DNA of 64,000 nt from Ramazzottius varieornatus (taxonomy: Eukaryota > Animalia > Tardigrada). Below are positions 1 to 15,000 of this stretch, piece after piece (the first letter of the stretch is position 1; every line of letters starts with the position of its first letter). A program made the translations under genes and the position numbers. Under the pieces are notes generated by a model. It did no database searches, was not told where the DNA came from, and saw only the letters and a program-made list of their open reading frames with translations. Where the stretch lies: positions 6,252,448 through 6,316,447 of the forward strand of contig BDGG01000002.1 of NCBI GenBank assembly GCA_001949185.1. Direction: 5' to 3'.

Positions 1-3000
1 ATTTGCTGAGAAGAGCTGAAGTGGGAACTTTGCTGTAGCGTAGATTGCTGGTTGAACTGCTGCATCGGTTGTTGTACTGGACCTGCCGGTTTAGGCGCAA
101 CGGGCGGTTGAACTGGAGGACTCTGCGGGACTTGAGCTGGTTGCTGTATCATCTGAAAGTTCTGCTGTGATTGATACTGCAGAGTTTGTTGTTGTTGTTG
201 TTGTTGCTGCTGCTGCATCATTTGACGCTCTTGCTGCTGTTGTTTCCACGCAGGAACAACTGGCGGAGACTGAGGAACTTGGACTTGTTGCCTTTGCCAT
301 TGATTGGTAACACTGGTCGACTGACTGGTTGATGATTGCTCAATGTGCTGGTCAGTTCTCTGTTGAGAAGGCACGCCAGGTGGCGCTCTGCGAACAGGCT
401 GCAACTCGACCTTTTGCACACCTTCCTGTTGGTTCCTTACCGATTGTTCGACTCTGGTATTGAAGGAATCAGGTACCGGGACTGTGTCTTTCTTCGAGCT
501 GCTTTGTTTCAACACTGTTCGATAGTCGCTTTGCGTGGTGATGGTCAGTGTTGTGAGCGTCGTGGCCGAACCTTCGGTGTTCTGGGCAATCACGGCGATC
601 TCCCCACCATCGTACTGACGCGTGCGCGGAATTTCCAGAGTGTTTATCAAGCCATCGTAGCTAATTTTGAATCGCGAACCAGTTATCACCAGTTCATTGT
701 TCAACATCCAGGATATCCTTGGTCGGGGGTAACCTGCTACTTTACATTCAAACTTGGCTGGTTCGCCTTCCTTCACTGTCAGAGCGCGAGGCTTGACGGT
801 GAACTCCGGCTTCGATCGCTGTTTTCGGTTGTCAGGAGCTTCGTACGGAATAGGTCCTCGTTCCGACAGCTCTCGCTCGATTTCTTGTAATCGCTCAACA
901 CCCTTCTCCATACCTTCAGGTAGTTGCGTGCGTGTAATGACGCTTTCCTTGGCTGTTACGGTGATCACACACCTTGTCACGTCTTCGCCCAGTTCGTTCA
1001 AGGCTCTAAAATATGACATTTTCCGTGTCGGATAGAAGTGAAACTGAAATGACCAGAAGGACGGCTGAAAACTTACCGTGCGACGTACTGACCGCTATCC
1101 TCGGCGTACACGTACAGAATGTCCAGAGCCACGTACCCAAAGTCATTTACCATCTTGAAACGATGTCCAGCTCGGAGTGGGATATTGTTGTGGTACCACT
1201 CGATCGTACAGTCGAACGGCTCGACGCGGCAATCGAGGTGAATGGTGTTACCTGCAATTGATAAACTCAGTTACATCCCGAAAAAAATAATGAGGAATCT
1301 GGAAAGAAAGTTACCTTCAGTAGCTTGGACATTTTGAGTTAATTGGGTAGTGAAGCGAGGTGGAAACTTCTGCACTGGCTTTTCTTCCGCCATAGGCGCC
1401 GATGGCATTTCCAGCTCTCGAAGTCGTTGCATATTGGCGCCACCTGGTACTTGAGACTCCAGATAGATGGACTTCTGACTGTGAACAATCAAGTTGGTCT
1501 TTGTCTCAGCCACACCGACGGACGTTCTGGCCCGGCAGGTGATTTCTCCGGAATCTTCAACGGTGACACCGTTGATGTCCAGCACAACGAACCCAAAGTC
1601 ATTAATGCTTCTGATACGCGAGCCCGTAACTATTGGTCTGCCATTCCGCATCCATTCGACCATGGCGTTTCTTGGTTCTATCCTGGCTTCGAAATGGGCG
1701 GTCTCGCCTTCGTTCAGTTCCATACGGTGAGTTAACTGGCTTGTAAAACGAGGAAGCTCGTCGGGTTGCTCCACTGTGGTGTCTGGTAAAGGCTGGTTGG
1801 ACATTTCCAGTTCTTGGATTTTCTGGAGACTGGCGGGTTGAGAAGAGTCGTAAACGACGCTCTTCGATGTGAGAACCTTCAAGTTGACGTCGGAACGAGC
1901 TTCGCCAAGCTCATTTCGAGCCACACACCTGTAAAATCAGGGAAGATGAAGATGTGCGGGCTTACTGCATCCTACATCAACTAACTCTTCGTTGGATTAT
2001 TCAGTCTTTAAAGAACGAAAGTCGCAAAACGGAATCAGATCGGATAATGCATATTGGCGAGCCAAACCGAGTATTCCAAATTTCGAAATTGATCTAGTAT
2101 TTCAAAGCGCTTCGTGCTTTCGGTTTTCGTGAGTCATTCAAATCAATGCTAGAATATCAGATCGCATGTTGTTTGGCTTCGGTTGAGTTGATAACTTGAG
2201 TTCTTACGTGTAGGTTCCGCTGTCGTGGCCTTTCACGGCGTTGATTTCCAGAATGACGAAGCCGAAATCGTTGATTCGGTTGAAGCGCGAACCCACGTCG
2301 ACACTCTTGCCGTTGTGGTACCAATCGATCTGCATGGTGTTGTCTCCCGATGGCTCCAACCGAAGCTCGAAATGCGCCATACTGTTCTCTGTGACTTCGA
2401 CGTCGTGAGCTTGCGCGACGAACCGAGGTGGCTGGGTTGGTTTGGTCACTGTAGTATCCGCCACATACGTATGCATGGACGCACTCTCGATTTGCTGGAT
2501 CTTCTGCATGGAACTGTCCCTCATCTCCGCTGGTAGCTGCGACTCGAGGATTAGGCCCTTCTTTCCCTCGACCATTATGCTTGCGGTTGTCACTGCTTCA
2601 CCGGCTTGATTGCGAGCCACGCATGTGTATTCTCCTACAAAAAGCATTGATACTTCGTAAAGAAGGCTCAACTAATAAACAGCTAGACTACGGTGTAAAT
2701 GCTTACCGGAGTCTTCCGCGTAGACAGGCGAGATTTCAAAGACCACGAACCCAAAATCGTGGATGGTCTTCACCCGTGAACCATGGATGACAGGCTTACC
2801 ATTGCGGTACCATTGGACAGTCAGGTTGGGGTCTTTGGCTGGTTCCAGAGTAGCTTGGAGATGAATGTTATCGCCTTCTTTGGCACCCGACACATTTTGT
2901 AGGGACGACGTGAAGCGCGGTGGTTGTGTTGGTCCGACTCCCAGTTGGGTCAGTGGAGCTGATGTCTCGTCGATGCCCATGCTGTTGTGGACCCTCACCG

Positions 3001-6000
3001 ACACCATACCGAAGTCATCTCGGCGTGTGTACAGAACATCCAGGGCTATATACCCGAAATCGTTCGTTGTTTTACTGCGGCTTGCATCGAGCATTGGACG
3101 ACCATTGATGAACCATTCGACCTTCATATCCACATCGTCTGTTGGTGTAATGCGTGTCTCGAAATGTGCCGGTTCGCCTTCGTTGACTGCCAAGGGACGC
3201 AGAGGTGCCAGGATCTTTGGCACCTGCTTGGGCTTGTCAGGGACGGAGGGACCAACAGGTCCAGTTGGTTCTTCGAGACGTCGAATCTTTTCCAAGCTTT
3301 CCGGATGTTGAGTATCCAGGAGGATGCTACGCTTTCCTGGAATTACAAACAATAAGCTTCGTTGCTTGTGCGCTGTCGTATGTCTGAGTTCCTTTCATCT
3401 TACCGCTGCATTGGATGGTGCACAATACGCGGTCTTCTCCATACTTGTTCCGTGCAATACACCTGTAAAACCACATGATAAAAACGAGCAGGTTCATTAC
3501 GTCCTTGGTTTGAGGGTCAGTATGTTATGTCAAACAGCGGGAATATCTTTGAACAGACAATCGTTAATGTGTTGTAATGGCGCACGAATAGCATTCGTTT
3601 CTGAACGCAAACGTTTTCCGGTTGGCAAAAAATTCATGGAATGGACGAGCGAAGATCCAAAGCGGAGTTCGAAACTTACTAATCACCCCCAAAGAGATTT
3701 TCAACCTATCAAATTTATACCGTTTAATATAAACTTGCGACTAGGACAAAACTTACGTGTACTGTCCAGAGTCCTCTGTCTGGATACCGGAAATTTCAAG
3801 CACAATGAACCCAAAATCATTTAGCGTCTTGATTCTGGAGCCTAAAAGATCGACCAGCATGTAGAAAATGTGCGCCAGTAAGGTGTTGGTAAAAGGGAAA
3901 ACAGGTGTTTGAGTTAACTGAGAGCTGAACTGAAACTTACTGGCAGGTAGTGGTTGGCCATTTTTTAGCCATATGATCTGCAGTGTCGAGTCGTTGGCAG
4001 GGGTGACATTACAGTGAAGATGAGCGATATCAGACTCTTTCAGGTTTAGATCTTTCGGCGCGGACGTAAAGTGAGGAGCCACACCGCTGTCATCATGTTG
4101 CAACATTTTCGACTCGCTTGTAAACGTGGCGCCTTGTGCATTCTCCAGCTCGGCTATTCGTTGTAGTGCCGTGTCGGATGTTTGACTGGCGCTATACACA
4201 GACTTTGTTCCTAAACGGAAAATCGACTTTTGTGAGTATTTTACTTTTGACGAGAGTCCGTTCCGAAATCTGATCATACCTTGACATAACAGCCTGGCGC
4301 TGGTGAAAGCTTCTCCGTGCTTGTTGTAAGCACGAGCCATGTAGACACCTTTAAGGAAAAGAAGAGACGCAAAGGTGCTTTATTACAACCCTTCCGGAAC
4401 GTTGTGTGGTTTACCTGAATCGAGCTCCGTGACTTGAGAGAGATCGAGAGCAACGAAGCCGAAGTCCTGGACTAACCGGGCACGGTTTGCTGCTTTCAGT
4501 GGAGCTCCGTTGTGGAACCATTCGACCTTCATGGTAGGATCGCGACTTGGTTCTAGCCGACATTCGAAGTGCGCCGTGGTGTTTTCCTTGACGTCATCCT
4601 GGTTCCTCAGCGTGGTGACGAAGTGTGGCGGACCATAATCGACCTCTTGCTCTGGAGCAGGGACCTCTGGATGTTCCTCCAGTTGCCGGATACGCGGAAG
4701 ACTTTCCGGGTGTAAAGTACCGATCAACAAGGATGACTTGCGGACACATCGGACACTCGTGCTTGTCACCGCTTCCCCAGCCGCATTCACAGCTCTGAAA
4801 TACCACATTGCTCGTCTCGGCTAGGACTAAGCTGAAATGACCAGAACGACGACTGACAACGTACCGACAGGTGTATAAACCTGAGTCTTCAGCGTTGGCA
4901 GCCTGAACGTCAAGGCCAACATGGCCAAAATTGTTCACATGAAGGAAACGCGAGCCGGTTCGTAAAGGTGCGTTGTTCAGGTACCACTCGACCTATAAGA
5001 AAGATATGGTCAACAACTTGACGGTCGCGGTTTCGGTTATTCATGTATTTTTTTATCGAGTCTGTTTATCAGAATTATGAAGGGCATATGATTGGTGACC
5101 GTGTAGAAGTATAAGAGTGCTAGCCCTGCAAGTACCTTCAGAGTTGGGTCGCCGACCGGTATCAACTGGCAGTGTAATCGGACTGGTTCTCCCTCCTGTA
5201 TTTCAATGTTGCCTTGTAGGGGGATCGTAAAGACAGGCTTGCCATACTTTGTTTCTATCTCTTCCCTCTGCGCAGGCGCAACGTTTTCGAGAGCTTGTAG
5301 TTTGGCTAACGCGTCGGGATGGGACGTTCCTAGTAGCATCGATTCCGTTCCTAAAATTATCACCTGTTATTTCACTATGTGTATCAGACGCATGTATAAT
5401 AATGGAAAGGCCCGAAAAAATTGCATCTGGAGACCGTCAAGCGACCGTATTTGTAATCAGTTGATGAACTCGACCTTTGGAAAGGTATACATGTACACGT
5501 GTACCCTTCGTGAAGACTAACAATAGACACGCCCTTCTGCCCTCCAGATTTTTGTTTGGCAGAAATCAGAATGATTTTCTTACTCCAGCTTTGCGCATCG
5601 TCATTGAATTGCTTCCGGGTTTGGTTTTGCATTGTACAGCAAGCACATAGAGATTAGTTTGTGGTCACCCGTAGAAAAGCGTAAGCAAGCGGACAAGTAC
5701 GCGGAAGCCTTTAGAACAGTTAGACAAGCGAACGTCACGTATGCGAGCAACATCTGACAGCGACAAGAGTTAACAGCGAAACACACATAACAAGCTCTTG
5801 ATTAGTACCGACGGTCCACAAAGTTAACAAGCCTAATCATCATCTCCTTATACTTGGTCAACCACATTACGTCCTCCTTCTCAATCTGGTCAGGTGGCAA
5901 TTGCCTTTTTCTTGAGTACCTGCTGGGCGCTCATTTGGTACGTACCCTTGACAAGAACGCTGCAAGTGGCCACCGCTTCGCCCAGCTCATTACGCGCAAC

Positions 6001-9000
6001 GCAGGAGTACGTTCCATTATCTTGGGGCCTAACCCCGTTAATGTCCAAAGCCACAAATCCAAAGTCGTTCACCGTCAGGAAGCGAGACCCTGTGTCTACT
6101 GGCAGACCGTTATGCAGCCATTCGACGGTACAACCTATGGGGATCAACCGGCTCTCCAGATGAACCTTGTCCCCTTCCATCACTTCATGGTTGCGCAGAG
6201 GCACAGTAAACATCGGTCTCTGCATGGTTGGTCGATCGTCCAAGGCACCTGGCTTCGGGCTTTCGTAGTTTTCTAAGCCTTGAATCTTGTTCAGGCTGTT
6301 GGGATGCAGTGTCTCAGTCAGCAGAGACTTCTTGGCTGGAATTAAAATCAAAGTATTCAAATTTGTTATCGAGTACTTCGTTTCAGGTTATGTTTTACTT
6401 TGGACAGTGACTGAGGTGGATGTCACATCAGATCCTTTGTCGTTGTAGGCCCGAACTTCATAAATTCCTGCGTCTTCCGGTCTCATGTCGGATATCGTCA
6501 AGGCCAGGTAGCCAAACTCATTGATGAATCTGAATCGGCTTCCTTGTTGGACTGGTCGGCCGTTGACAAACCACTCGACTTTCGTCTTTGAGTCAACTCC
6601 TTCCACTTTGGCCTCGAAATGGGCGCTGTTACCTTCGGGTACCACTGACGGGTTCGCTCGTAGAGGATGGGTGAAATGTGGTGCGGTAGATGGCGCCTCT
6701 TGTTCAACTGCTCCCATGTGGCTTGCACTTCTCCAGGCTTCGAGCTGTTGAATCTTCTGCAGGCCTTCTGGATTTTGCGACTCGAACGAAATGAGTTTCG
6801 TACCTGCAAAAAAAAACCAAGAATCAGGCTATTGCAAGCCGAACTGTATGTTTCAAACAACTGGAAGGCCGGGAGAACAGAACGCACGAGATCGATGTCC
6901 AGAGTGGCCCACTCTATCATTGGTTTAGGCCGAGAGCGTGCGCCAATTCGAATGACGACCTTGTGGTTCATCTGCCGGCCTCCCAATCGTACAAAACGAG
7001 TTGCGACCATATGGGTTAGGTTTTGTCTTATTGTTCACCTCTGACTACGAGGTCGGCAGCTTGTTCAATACGTCCCAGCGCGTTGCATGCCACCACACTG
7101 TACCGCCCATTATCTTCCGGTTGGGCACCCACAATGTGAAGAGCCACGTAACCGAAATCGTATGTGGTCTTGTATCGATGACTAGCTTTGAGCGGCACAC
7201 CATCCTTTCGCCATTCGACTCGCAGCTTCGGATCGTTCACCGGCTCCAGCCTACATTCGAAGTGAGCTGGATTGTCTTCCGGGATATCCAAATTCTTCAG
7301 CGGGTTCAAGAAGCGTGGTGCCTGCGAGACCACGTCCTGGTCCGGAATGGGATACGGGCCTTTGTTGTCCTCCAAGCGCTGAATTTGACCCAGACTTTGC
7401 GGGTTGATTGACTGACTAAGGATGTTGGTTTCGCCTAAAACTTGTATCTGGCATGTCTGGACGGCTTCTCCGGCGGCATTTGTGGCCACCACGGTGTACA
7501 GCCCTGTGTCTCCAGTGTGGAGGTTGGAGATGTCCAGAGCTATGAAGCCGAAATCGTTCGTCATCTTTATACGAGAACTGTTCAGGAGTGGTCGGCCGTC
7601 TTTGAACCATTCGACTCGCTGGGAAGGTTCGCTGATGGGCGTTAGACGGGTCTCCAAATGAACAGCTGAGCCTTCCGCTAGGCCGAGCTGGTTGTGGAGT
7701 GGAGTTCGGAACTGTGGTCGTTCTACTTGAGGGGTGAGTTCATGGGTGGAGGTAGCTCGTTTGCTCTCCAGACGTTGCAGTTCGTGAAGTCGTTCAGGGT
7801 TGTCGGTCCCCAGGAGCATTGAAGCCTCGGTCAAAACAGACAGGTTGGTTTCAGACTGTATCTGACCAGCCTTGTTCTTTATGACGCAGCTGAAACAAAA
7901 GCTCAATTTGGTAAAACCAGACGAATAAACCGGAAAAAAAGCGAACTATTCTTACATCCATTGGCCTTCATCATCTGGTCGGACGCCGATGATGTCCAGC
8001 GCGACATACCCGAAATCGCATACGGTTCTTATGCGCGAACTAGCTTTCATCTCTTGGCCATTGTGATACCAGGTGACAGAAATTCCGTCCGCTGGCTGAA
8101 TTTGGCATTCAAAGTGGGCATTTTTCGTCTCGGGAACAGTCTGATCAGGTTTCAGAGGTCGCAGCATCTTCGGTGGCGCAACAGGTGGCGCTGTGTCGCG
8201 CGGCTTTGTGTCTCGGTTCCTCCAGTCCTCCAGCTGCTTGATATTATCCAGGTTGGCTGCTGTGGACGATTCGTAGGAGATCTTCTGTTCGCCCTGTACG
8301 ACGATTTGAGAACTCACTGCAGCCTCCCCTGCGGCATTGATGGCACGAACCATGTAGAAGCCACTATCCTCCGGGTAACAATGGTCAATATCTAGCGCCA
8401 CATGGCCCCAGTCATTTGTGGTCTTGATGCGAGCACCAGCAGGAAGTGGAACTCCGTCTTTGTACCACAGGACTGACAGGGAAGAATCACCAACTGGGAT
8501 CATTCGAGTCTCCAGGTGGATATGGGTACCCTGCTTTGTCGCGATGTTCTGTAAAGGCTGTGTGAACATGGGAGCTTGAGCTGGTGGTCCGACAGGTTGC
8601 AGCGGAGCTTGTTGTTGGATATTAGCCGATGTGGTTGTCTTAGTGGTCGAAATCTGGCGATCGAGTCTCATGGTCGAGTCGGCAAAGGCCGGCTTCTGTT
8701 GTGGAACAGGCTGCGGCGCCGGTATGCAGTGTAGCGTCGTTGAGGTGAAGGCTTCGCCGGCTGCATTTGCGACCCTCAGTGTGTAAACCCCTACAACGTA
8801 AAGTTTTTAGGGTCACTACCGGGTAAGCATAACAAGAACTGGCATATGAGGCAGCAGGTCTCGTTCTCTCGTAAGAGTGTCCTAGTTTTAGGAGGTTGTG
8901 GTAAAAAAACACATTCGAGAAAATTACCGGAGTCCTCTGGATATACAGTCAAAATGTCAATGGACGCGTAACCTTCCGCAAAAGATGTTCGTACTCGGTG

Positions 9001-12000
9001 ATCTAAAAATGATGGAAGCGATGGGATAAACTGTTATCAAGAGCCATTTCACACGATATTGCCTACCGCTGATGATCGGTTTGCCGTTCTTCGTCCAAGT
9101 AAACTGCAAGTCTTGACCTTGCGCAGGTTCCGCTCGTACTTCCATGCGTAAGCGCGATCCTTCAATTACGTTGTAATCCGACTCCAGGTGGCGCATGAAA
9201 GTCGGTGCAGTCAGGATGGTATTGACATTCGTTCGATAGGTGTTTTGTTGAGTGTGGTTCTGATTTTGGAAGTTGTTGTAGGACGTAGCGGACGAAGTGC
9301 TAGTCTGCCGCTGGATCACATTTTGGAAAGAGCTCGTTGTGCTGGCCGAGTTCGTGTAAGATGGAGAAGGGCCAGTCGGGCCTCGTTGCACTTCCGGTTG
9401 CACATGCAGTGTGGCGGTGCTTCGAGCCTCGCCGGCGCCATTGGAAGCCTTGACCACATACACTCCTGCGAACGCACAACTTTATTTACACTTAAAACTT
9501 AGAACTTAAACTTAATTCCAATACTGCTTTCGAAAAGACATGAGACGTGAGCGAATGAACTGCATCAGAACATTGTGTTAAGCGGCGCACATCTCTGTTG
9601 TTATAAGCTGAAAGTGTGCGCCACTTGGGAGAACGTTCTGGTTCAAGTCACATGCCCACGTTCACAGATGGTTGAAAACGAAGAACCCACCTGCATCTTC
9701 CGTTCGAAGATTCTTTATAGTCAGTACAGCTCGACCAAACATGTACTTCATATCGAACCGCTCGCCTGCAAGTAAGGTTTACCGTTTGGAAATCGTAGAA
9801 AAATTCGCCGAAGTGTTTCAGTACTTACTCAGCTGGATTGCTTGTCCATTGCGGAACCATTCTACTCTCATCAGCTGGTCGTCGGCTGGTTCAATCTGGG
9901 CTTCGAAGACGGCCACCGAGTTTTCCCGGGCTCCATCAATGTTCTTTAGTTGCCGGCTGAACTGAGGTTTGGTGAACAGCTGTGGCTTTTGAACCTTCTG
10001 TGGGATGACGACAGGCATGGTTTGTACCGCGGAGAACTGGTTGGTATTAACGAGCGGCTGACGAGGATGAACATGCAGTGTCGCCGTCGTGACAGCTTCT
10101 CCCGCTGCATTTATAGCTCGGATAGTATAAACGCCTTTATCTTCTTGCCGCAAGCTAATTATATCCAAACTGACGAAGCCAAAGTTGTTCGAGAAGATGT
10201 GGCGTGAGTCTGAAGAACCAACGAGTGACTACACTGTTTATGTAATGATTAATCAAGCACACAAAGCTGCCCGCGTTTACTTTCCCAAACTATTTTTAAG
10301 CCTGGGATCCTTCTTTCGTACCTTCTTGCAATCTGACACCGTTCTTGTACCATTCCACTCGAAGTGTGCCGTCTCCAATGGGGATCAAGCAGCTCTCGAA
10401 GCGGGCTCTTTCCCCTTCGTACAGCTCCAGGTCGTTGAGAAGGGTGGTGAAAGCCGGCTTTTCGTTGGATACGTCCACCGGCGCAGATGACACGTATGAC
10501 GGTGGAGGAGGTGCTGGACGGGAAAACGGCCGCAGGTACACCAGCTCCGGTTGTGGCTCGGGTTCTGCCTGCTTCCGGCCAACGCGCGGTACGAAGAATC
10601 CACCGGGGTTTACCAGGTCACGAGGAGGAGCTACATGAGGGAGCAAAAAACCAAACCGCTGAAATTTGTGTTTCGAATAATTGATTTGCCGATTGAACTT
10701 ACCTCCCACGGCAAGTTTGGCCTTTGTAACTGTAGTTCCAGCAGAATTACGAGCGTGACACTGATACCTGAAAATCAGCGGTGCAACTGTATTGTCTGAA
10801 GAGTTGTCAAAGTCTGCGCCGCTCACCAGTCTGAGTCGTCCACAGTGACGTTGTCGATATTCAGCGTCGATGCGCCATTATGAGTGTCGATTTTATACCG
10901 GTCTCCAGAAAAGATTTCCCGCGCACCTTTGTGCCATGTCATGGTGGGAGCAGGCATTCCAACAGCTCGAGCTTGAAAAGTCACGCTCTCCCCTTGGTGA
11001 GCCTGCTTATTGACCAGCTTTTGGACGAAACTCGGAGCCGTCATTTTATCCGAAGGCTCCACCGCGATGTTGACAGTCAGGTACACTTCCCCAGAAATAT
11101 TCTTAGCCACACAAACGTATTGACCTGTGTCCTCCACACTTGGGTTCGTGATCATCAACGCATGTCCACCGCCTTCGTTCACCAACAACTACAAAAACGA
11201 TTTACGCTTTGAACAAAACATCGAATGCTCTATTCGTTAGTTCAATTATGATTTACAGTACCTTATGTGTCCAGTCATCCACCACTTCACCTCCATTTTT
11301 GTACCATTTCACTTCTGGATAAGGTCGTCCAGACACCCGGCAGTCCAGCCGAACTAACTGGCCTTCGCGCACATACGCATCGCTGGGAACAGACACAAAT
11401 CTGGGCGACATGCTCTTGTCGTAAGTTTCATCCTCTACTTGACCACCGCGGGAACCATTCGACATTTCGCGCGGCCGGGAGCCACCTCTCATGCCTTGCG
11501 CCATTCCGTCGGAGTTCCTGTCGAAAACAGAAAACAAACTTTCTAATGTGAAGGGAAACCGTACGTGAGCGAAGAGCCTGTTTCTGCCTTCTGGTGTTGT
11601 ACTCACTGACGACTTAGGCTACGTCGTTGCTTTTCCTCCACAGTAACGGTCGCAGAACAAGAGTCCTGACCAACGGGGTTCTCCGCCACGAGGGTATAGT
11701 TTCCGCTGTCCTCTCGCAAGACCATCCGAATGGTTAGCCCAACGTGATCGCCATCTTGGTAGAAAGCATGGCGTTGCGAAGACGAAGGAAGTAAGCTTCC
11801 GTTTTTCAACCAGGTGACCTAAACAGCAGGAACATTCACCGGGCAAAGTTTTTAGGAAAGGAGACTAATAACTTACCACTGGTAGAGGGTTCCCGGTAAC
11901 ACGGGCATGCAGCTGAGCTTCGCCACCTTCGAAAGCCCGAGTAGGTGCTAGGATCTGTAAAAAGCGCGGCGGCTCCATGCCGGACGGTGCCCAGCCGTTC

Positions 12001-15000
12001 ATGTTGATGTCTTCGCCTACAGACTCCGAAGGCTGATGGACATCCAGTAGGTGTTCCGGTCCCAGGGACGCTCCACGGAATGGACGCTGAACTGGGCGCG
12101 GAGTCAATGGACTGTATATTCCAGCACTTTCGCCAAACTCTACATCACTGTGATCCGACACTGCACCACGATATGCGATATTGGATGACTGGATCTTTGG
12201 CTTCTTGGGTCGTGTCTCTTGCTCGAACGGTGCTGACGGTGACTGTGATGTCTTGGGAGTTATTTTTGGCCCGCTTGGTCCGGAAGCAGGAGCGGAAGCT
12301 GTCAAAAAATTACACAATCAACGATGGCTGGTGTTAGTGAATTTTCCATTAGCATCCTCAGTCTTCCCGAAAGGCAGACAGTTTGTATCAGACAGTTTAG
12401 ACGGTTAATTAGCCGAAACACTATATTGTACTGTCGAGCTGATTATGTCTGTTAATTTACAGAGGCAGTAAGACCGAATAACAAGGACCATATTCATGCA
12501 TCTTTTACTCTTACTACGAGTACGGTTAGTTTACTCGATCGCGTTATTGTGGAACCTTTACCTGATCAGGCCGAAGAAATTTTCAACCAGTATAAATTAC
12601 CGGTGCTTGGTTAGAATATGTCAGACAGTGAACGCGCATGCTTTCTCGTAGGAGCAAGTTAGAAAGATGACGACGAAGAAGATATGCGCGAAGGGCAAGA
12701 AAGACCTTTCAGAACACTTCCGACAGAAATCGGTAGGGACTCACGTTCAACAGTAACAAAGGTAGTAGTCCGCCGACTTCCTTGCGGAGAAACAATTTCA
12801 CAGGTGTACTCCCCACTATCCTCAGGGTAAACGTCCGGGATGGTCAGTGTACAAACTCCATGAGTAACCTTCTGTTGGTAGTCCCGGCTGGGTGTGATCT
12901 TGATGTCATTGCGGTACCAATTGACGCTGAGCGGTTCACTTGCATCCACTGCGCATTGCAGCACAACACGGCTCCGTTCGTTGGTGAGTATCGGACTAAG
13001 CTCCCGCACAAAGTGTGGCACCGCCGACGACGCCTGTTGCTTCGGTCTCAGCTTTTGCGGTACAACCGGCGGCTCGAAGAAGGCCTCTTCCACAGGCGCT
13101 TCACGGATAAACTGGTTCGGTTCAAGTACCACCAAGTCGGCTATACAAATGCCCTCACCCGCTGTATTCACAGCACGGACCTTGATTTTGCCCGTATCGT
13201 TGGGGTTGACTGCGGGGATAGTCAACTGGTGCAAGTCGCCTCTTTGTACGATAAGGGTTCGGGGCGACTGCTGAAGCGCCACGTTCTCATGGTACCACGT
13301 TACCGTCGGTTCGGGTACGCCGATGACTTGAACTTCAAAGAGGGCTGGTTCGCCAGGCCGAACTCCTTTCGAGCACAACTTTCGCGGGAAAGAGGGCGGG
13401 CAAGTCTCACTAGGCACGTTGGGCTGTGTAACGCGATGGGCTGAAAATACAAGGAGGAATAGTGGAAGGTCGTACAAAGAAGACGCAATACCGAGTAACG
13501 ATGACAGAGGAGTAGACGCTGTAATAGCAGACAAAAAAAGCACAGTCCTATTTTGGTCAGCGTGTATACACGTTTGTATCCGTTAGGCTACTTGAAGCTC
13601 AACTCGAGAAGCGCCAAGCTCGACGTCTGCCTTGCAAACCTATGCTGGCGGATCGTCTGAGCTCTGCTGAGGCTCCACGCATTCTCCAACAGCAGGATTA
13701 GCAATTGATACCAGATGGCTCTGTCGCCGATATGCTTAATCCGCCATAAACGAACGACTTTGACTAAAAGGCCGCTTTCGCCTCAAGTGAGATTGAAACG
13801 ACCTATTCCTCAATAAAGTCAGAAGCACCCGCACACTTCTACCTTCCTTTTTAGATAACCGCAATATTCAGTATATAGGGATGATGAAGGTGTGAATGAC
13901 ATGTTCATTGATGATCATTCTTGAAGTATATAATCCTATGTTTTTCTTTATGGATGTTTTCTGTATCCGACCTTAGAGAATTACGGTTCTTACCGGGTTT
14001 GCCTGTGACGTCTGGTGCTCTAGTCGGAAACTTTTCCTGCTTGAAGGGCGCCGTCTGCGGTTGGAGCTTTGGTACGAAGACCGGCTGAGACGGCTGTGTG
14101 TTCCACTGAGCACCTGGTATCCTTATCTCTTGTTGGGTGGCGTATTCCTGACCAGGTACATACGGTCGTTCGTGGAACAGGTGCTGATCGGCATTAACAT
14201 TCTGTCCAATCAAGGGCATCCCGACAGGTCCAGACAACGAAAGGGCAACTGGCGTCGAAGCGGGCCGGACAGGCGAAGGCAAGCGTACAGGTGACGAAAA
14301 CCTTTCTTGAGACCGTGGCCTCTCCGGAACAGGCGGCGGAGGGGAAGCGTGGTACTGTGGTGCGATGGTAGGCTGAACCATTGGCGGTACATTCCACTGG
14401 CCAGCAGGGACTCTTTGCTCCTGATGGGAAACCTCAGGCACTGGTTTGGGTTGGTAAGGCTGTCCTGTTTGTGGCTTATTCATGATGTGCTGAGGAACCT
14501 GGCGCGAGTGTTGAAGGTCCGCTTGAACATGGTTCCATGGTCGGTACTCCAGTGGCTCTCCAGGTATATACGGACGCTCGTGGGTGAGGATTTCGTCGGT
14601 TTCGAGGTTCTGACCAATGTTTCGAAGATAGTCGGGTGTCGAAAGAGCTAGGTTCACGGGACCTTGGTCGGCAACAGGTGCCGGCTTCTTTGGTACGAAT
14701 GGAGCGGGCTGAGGCACGGTCAGCGGCGCAGGCGCTGCAGGCTGGACCTGTGAGCAAAAAATGTTATCCTGAGCCTGGTTTTGCCGCGTCGAATGAACTT
14801 TTACCTTGTGCGTTGTGGTGACTTGCTCGTAGCGTTCGGTGACGCTCTGTCGCACCGGCTGTTCTGGCTGGGTCTTCAACGGGGTCACAGGCTGAGGCTG
14901 CGTTGAAACTGTTTTCGACAGCGGCTGAACTATGAGTTGGGCGGAGCAAGTGGCTTTGCCGAAAGGCGAGTCGGCCTGGCAAACGTAGTGCCCCGAGTCC

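Noticed and set aside
1975-2195. Weak inverted similarity in an enlarged sls intron
   Set aside because: Only 8-10 bp matches, no coherent TIR or TSD.
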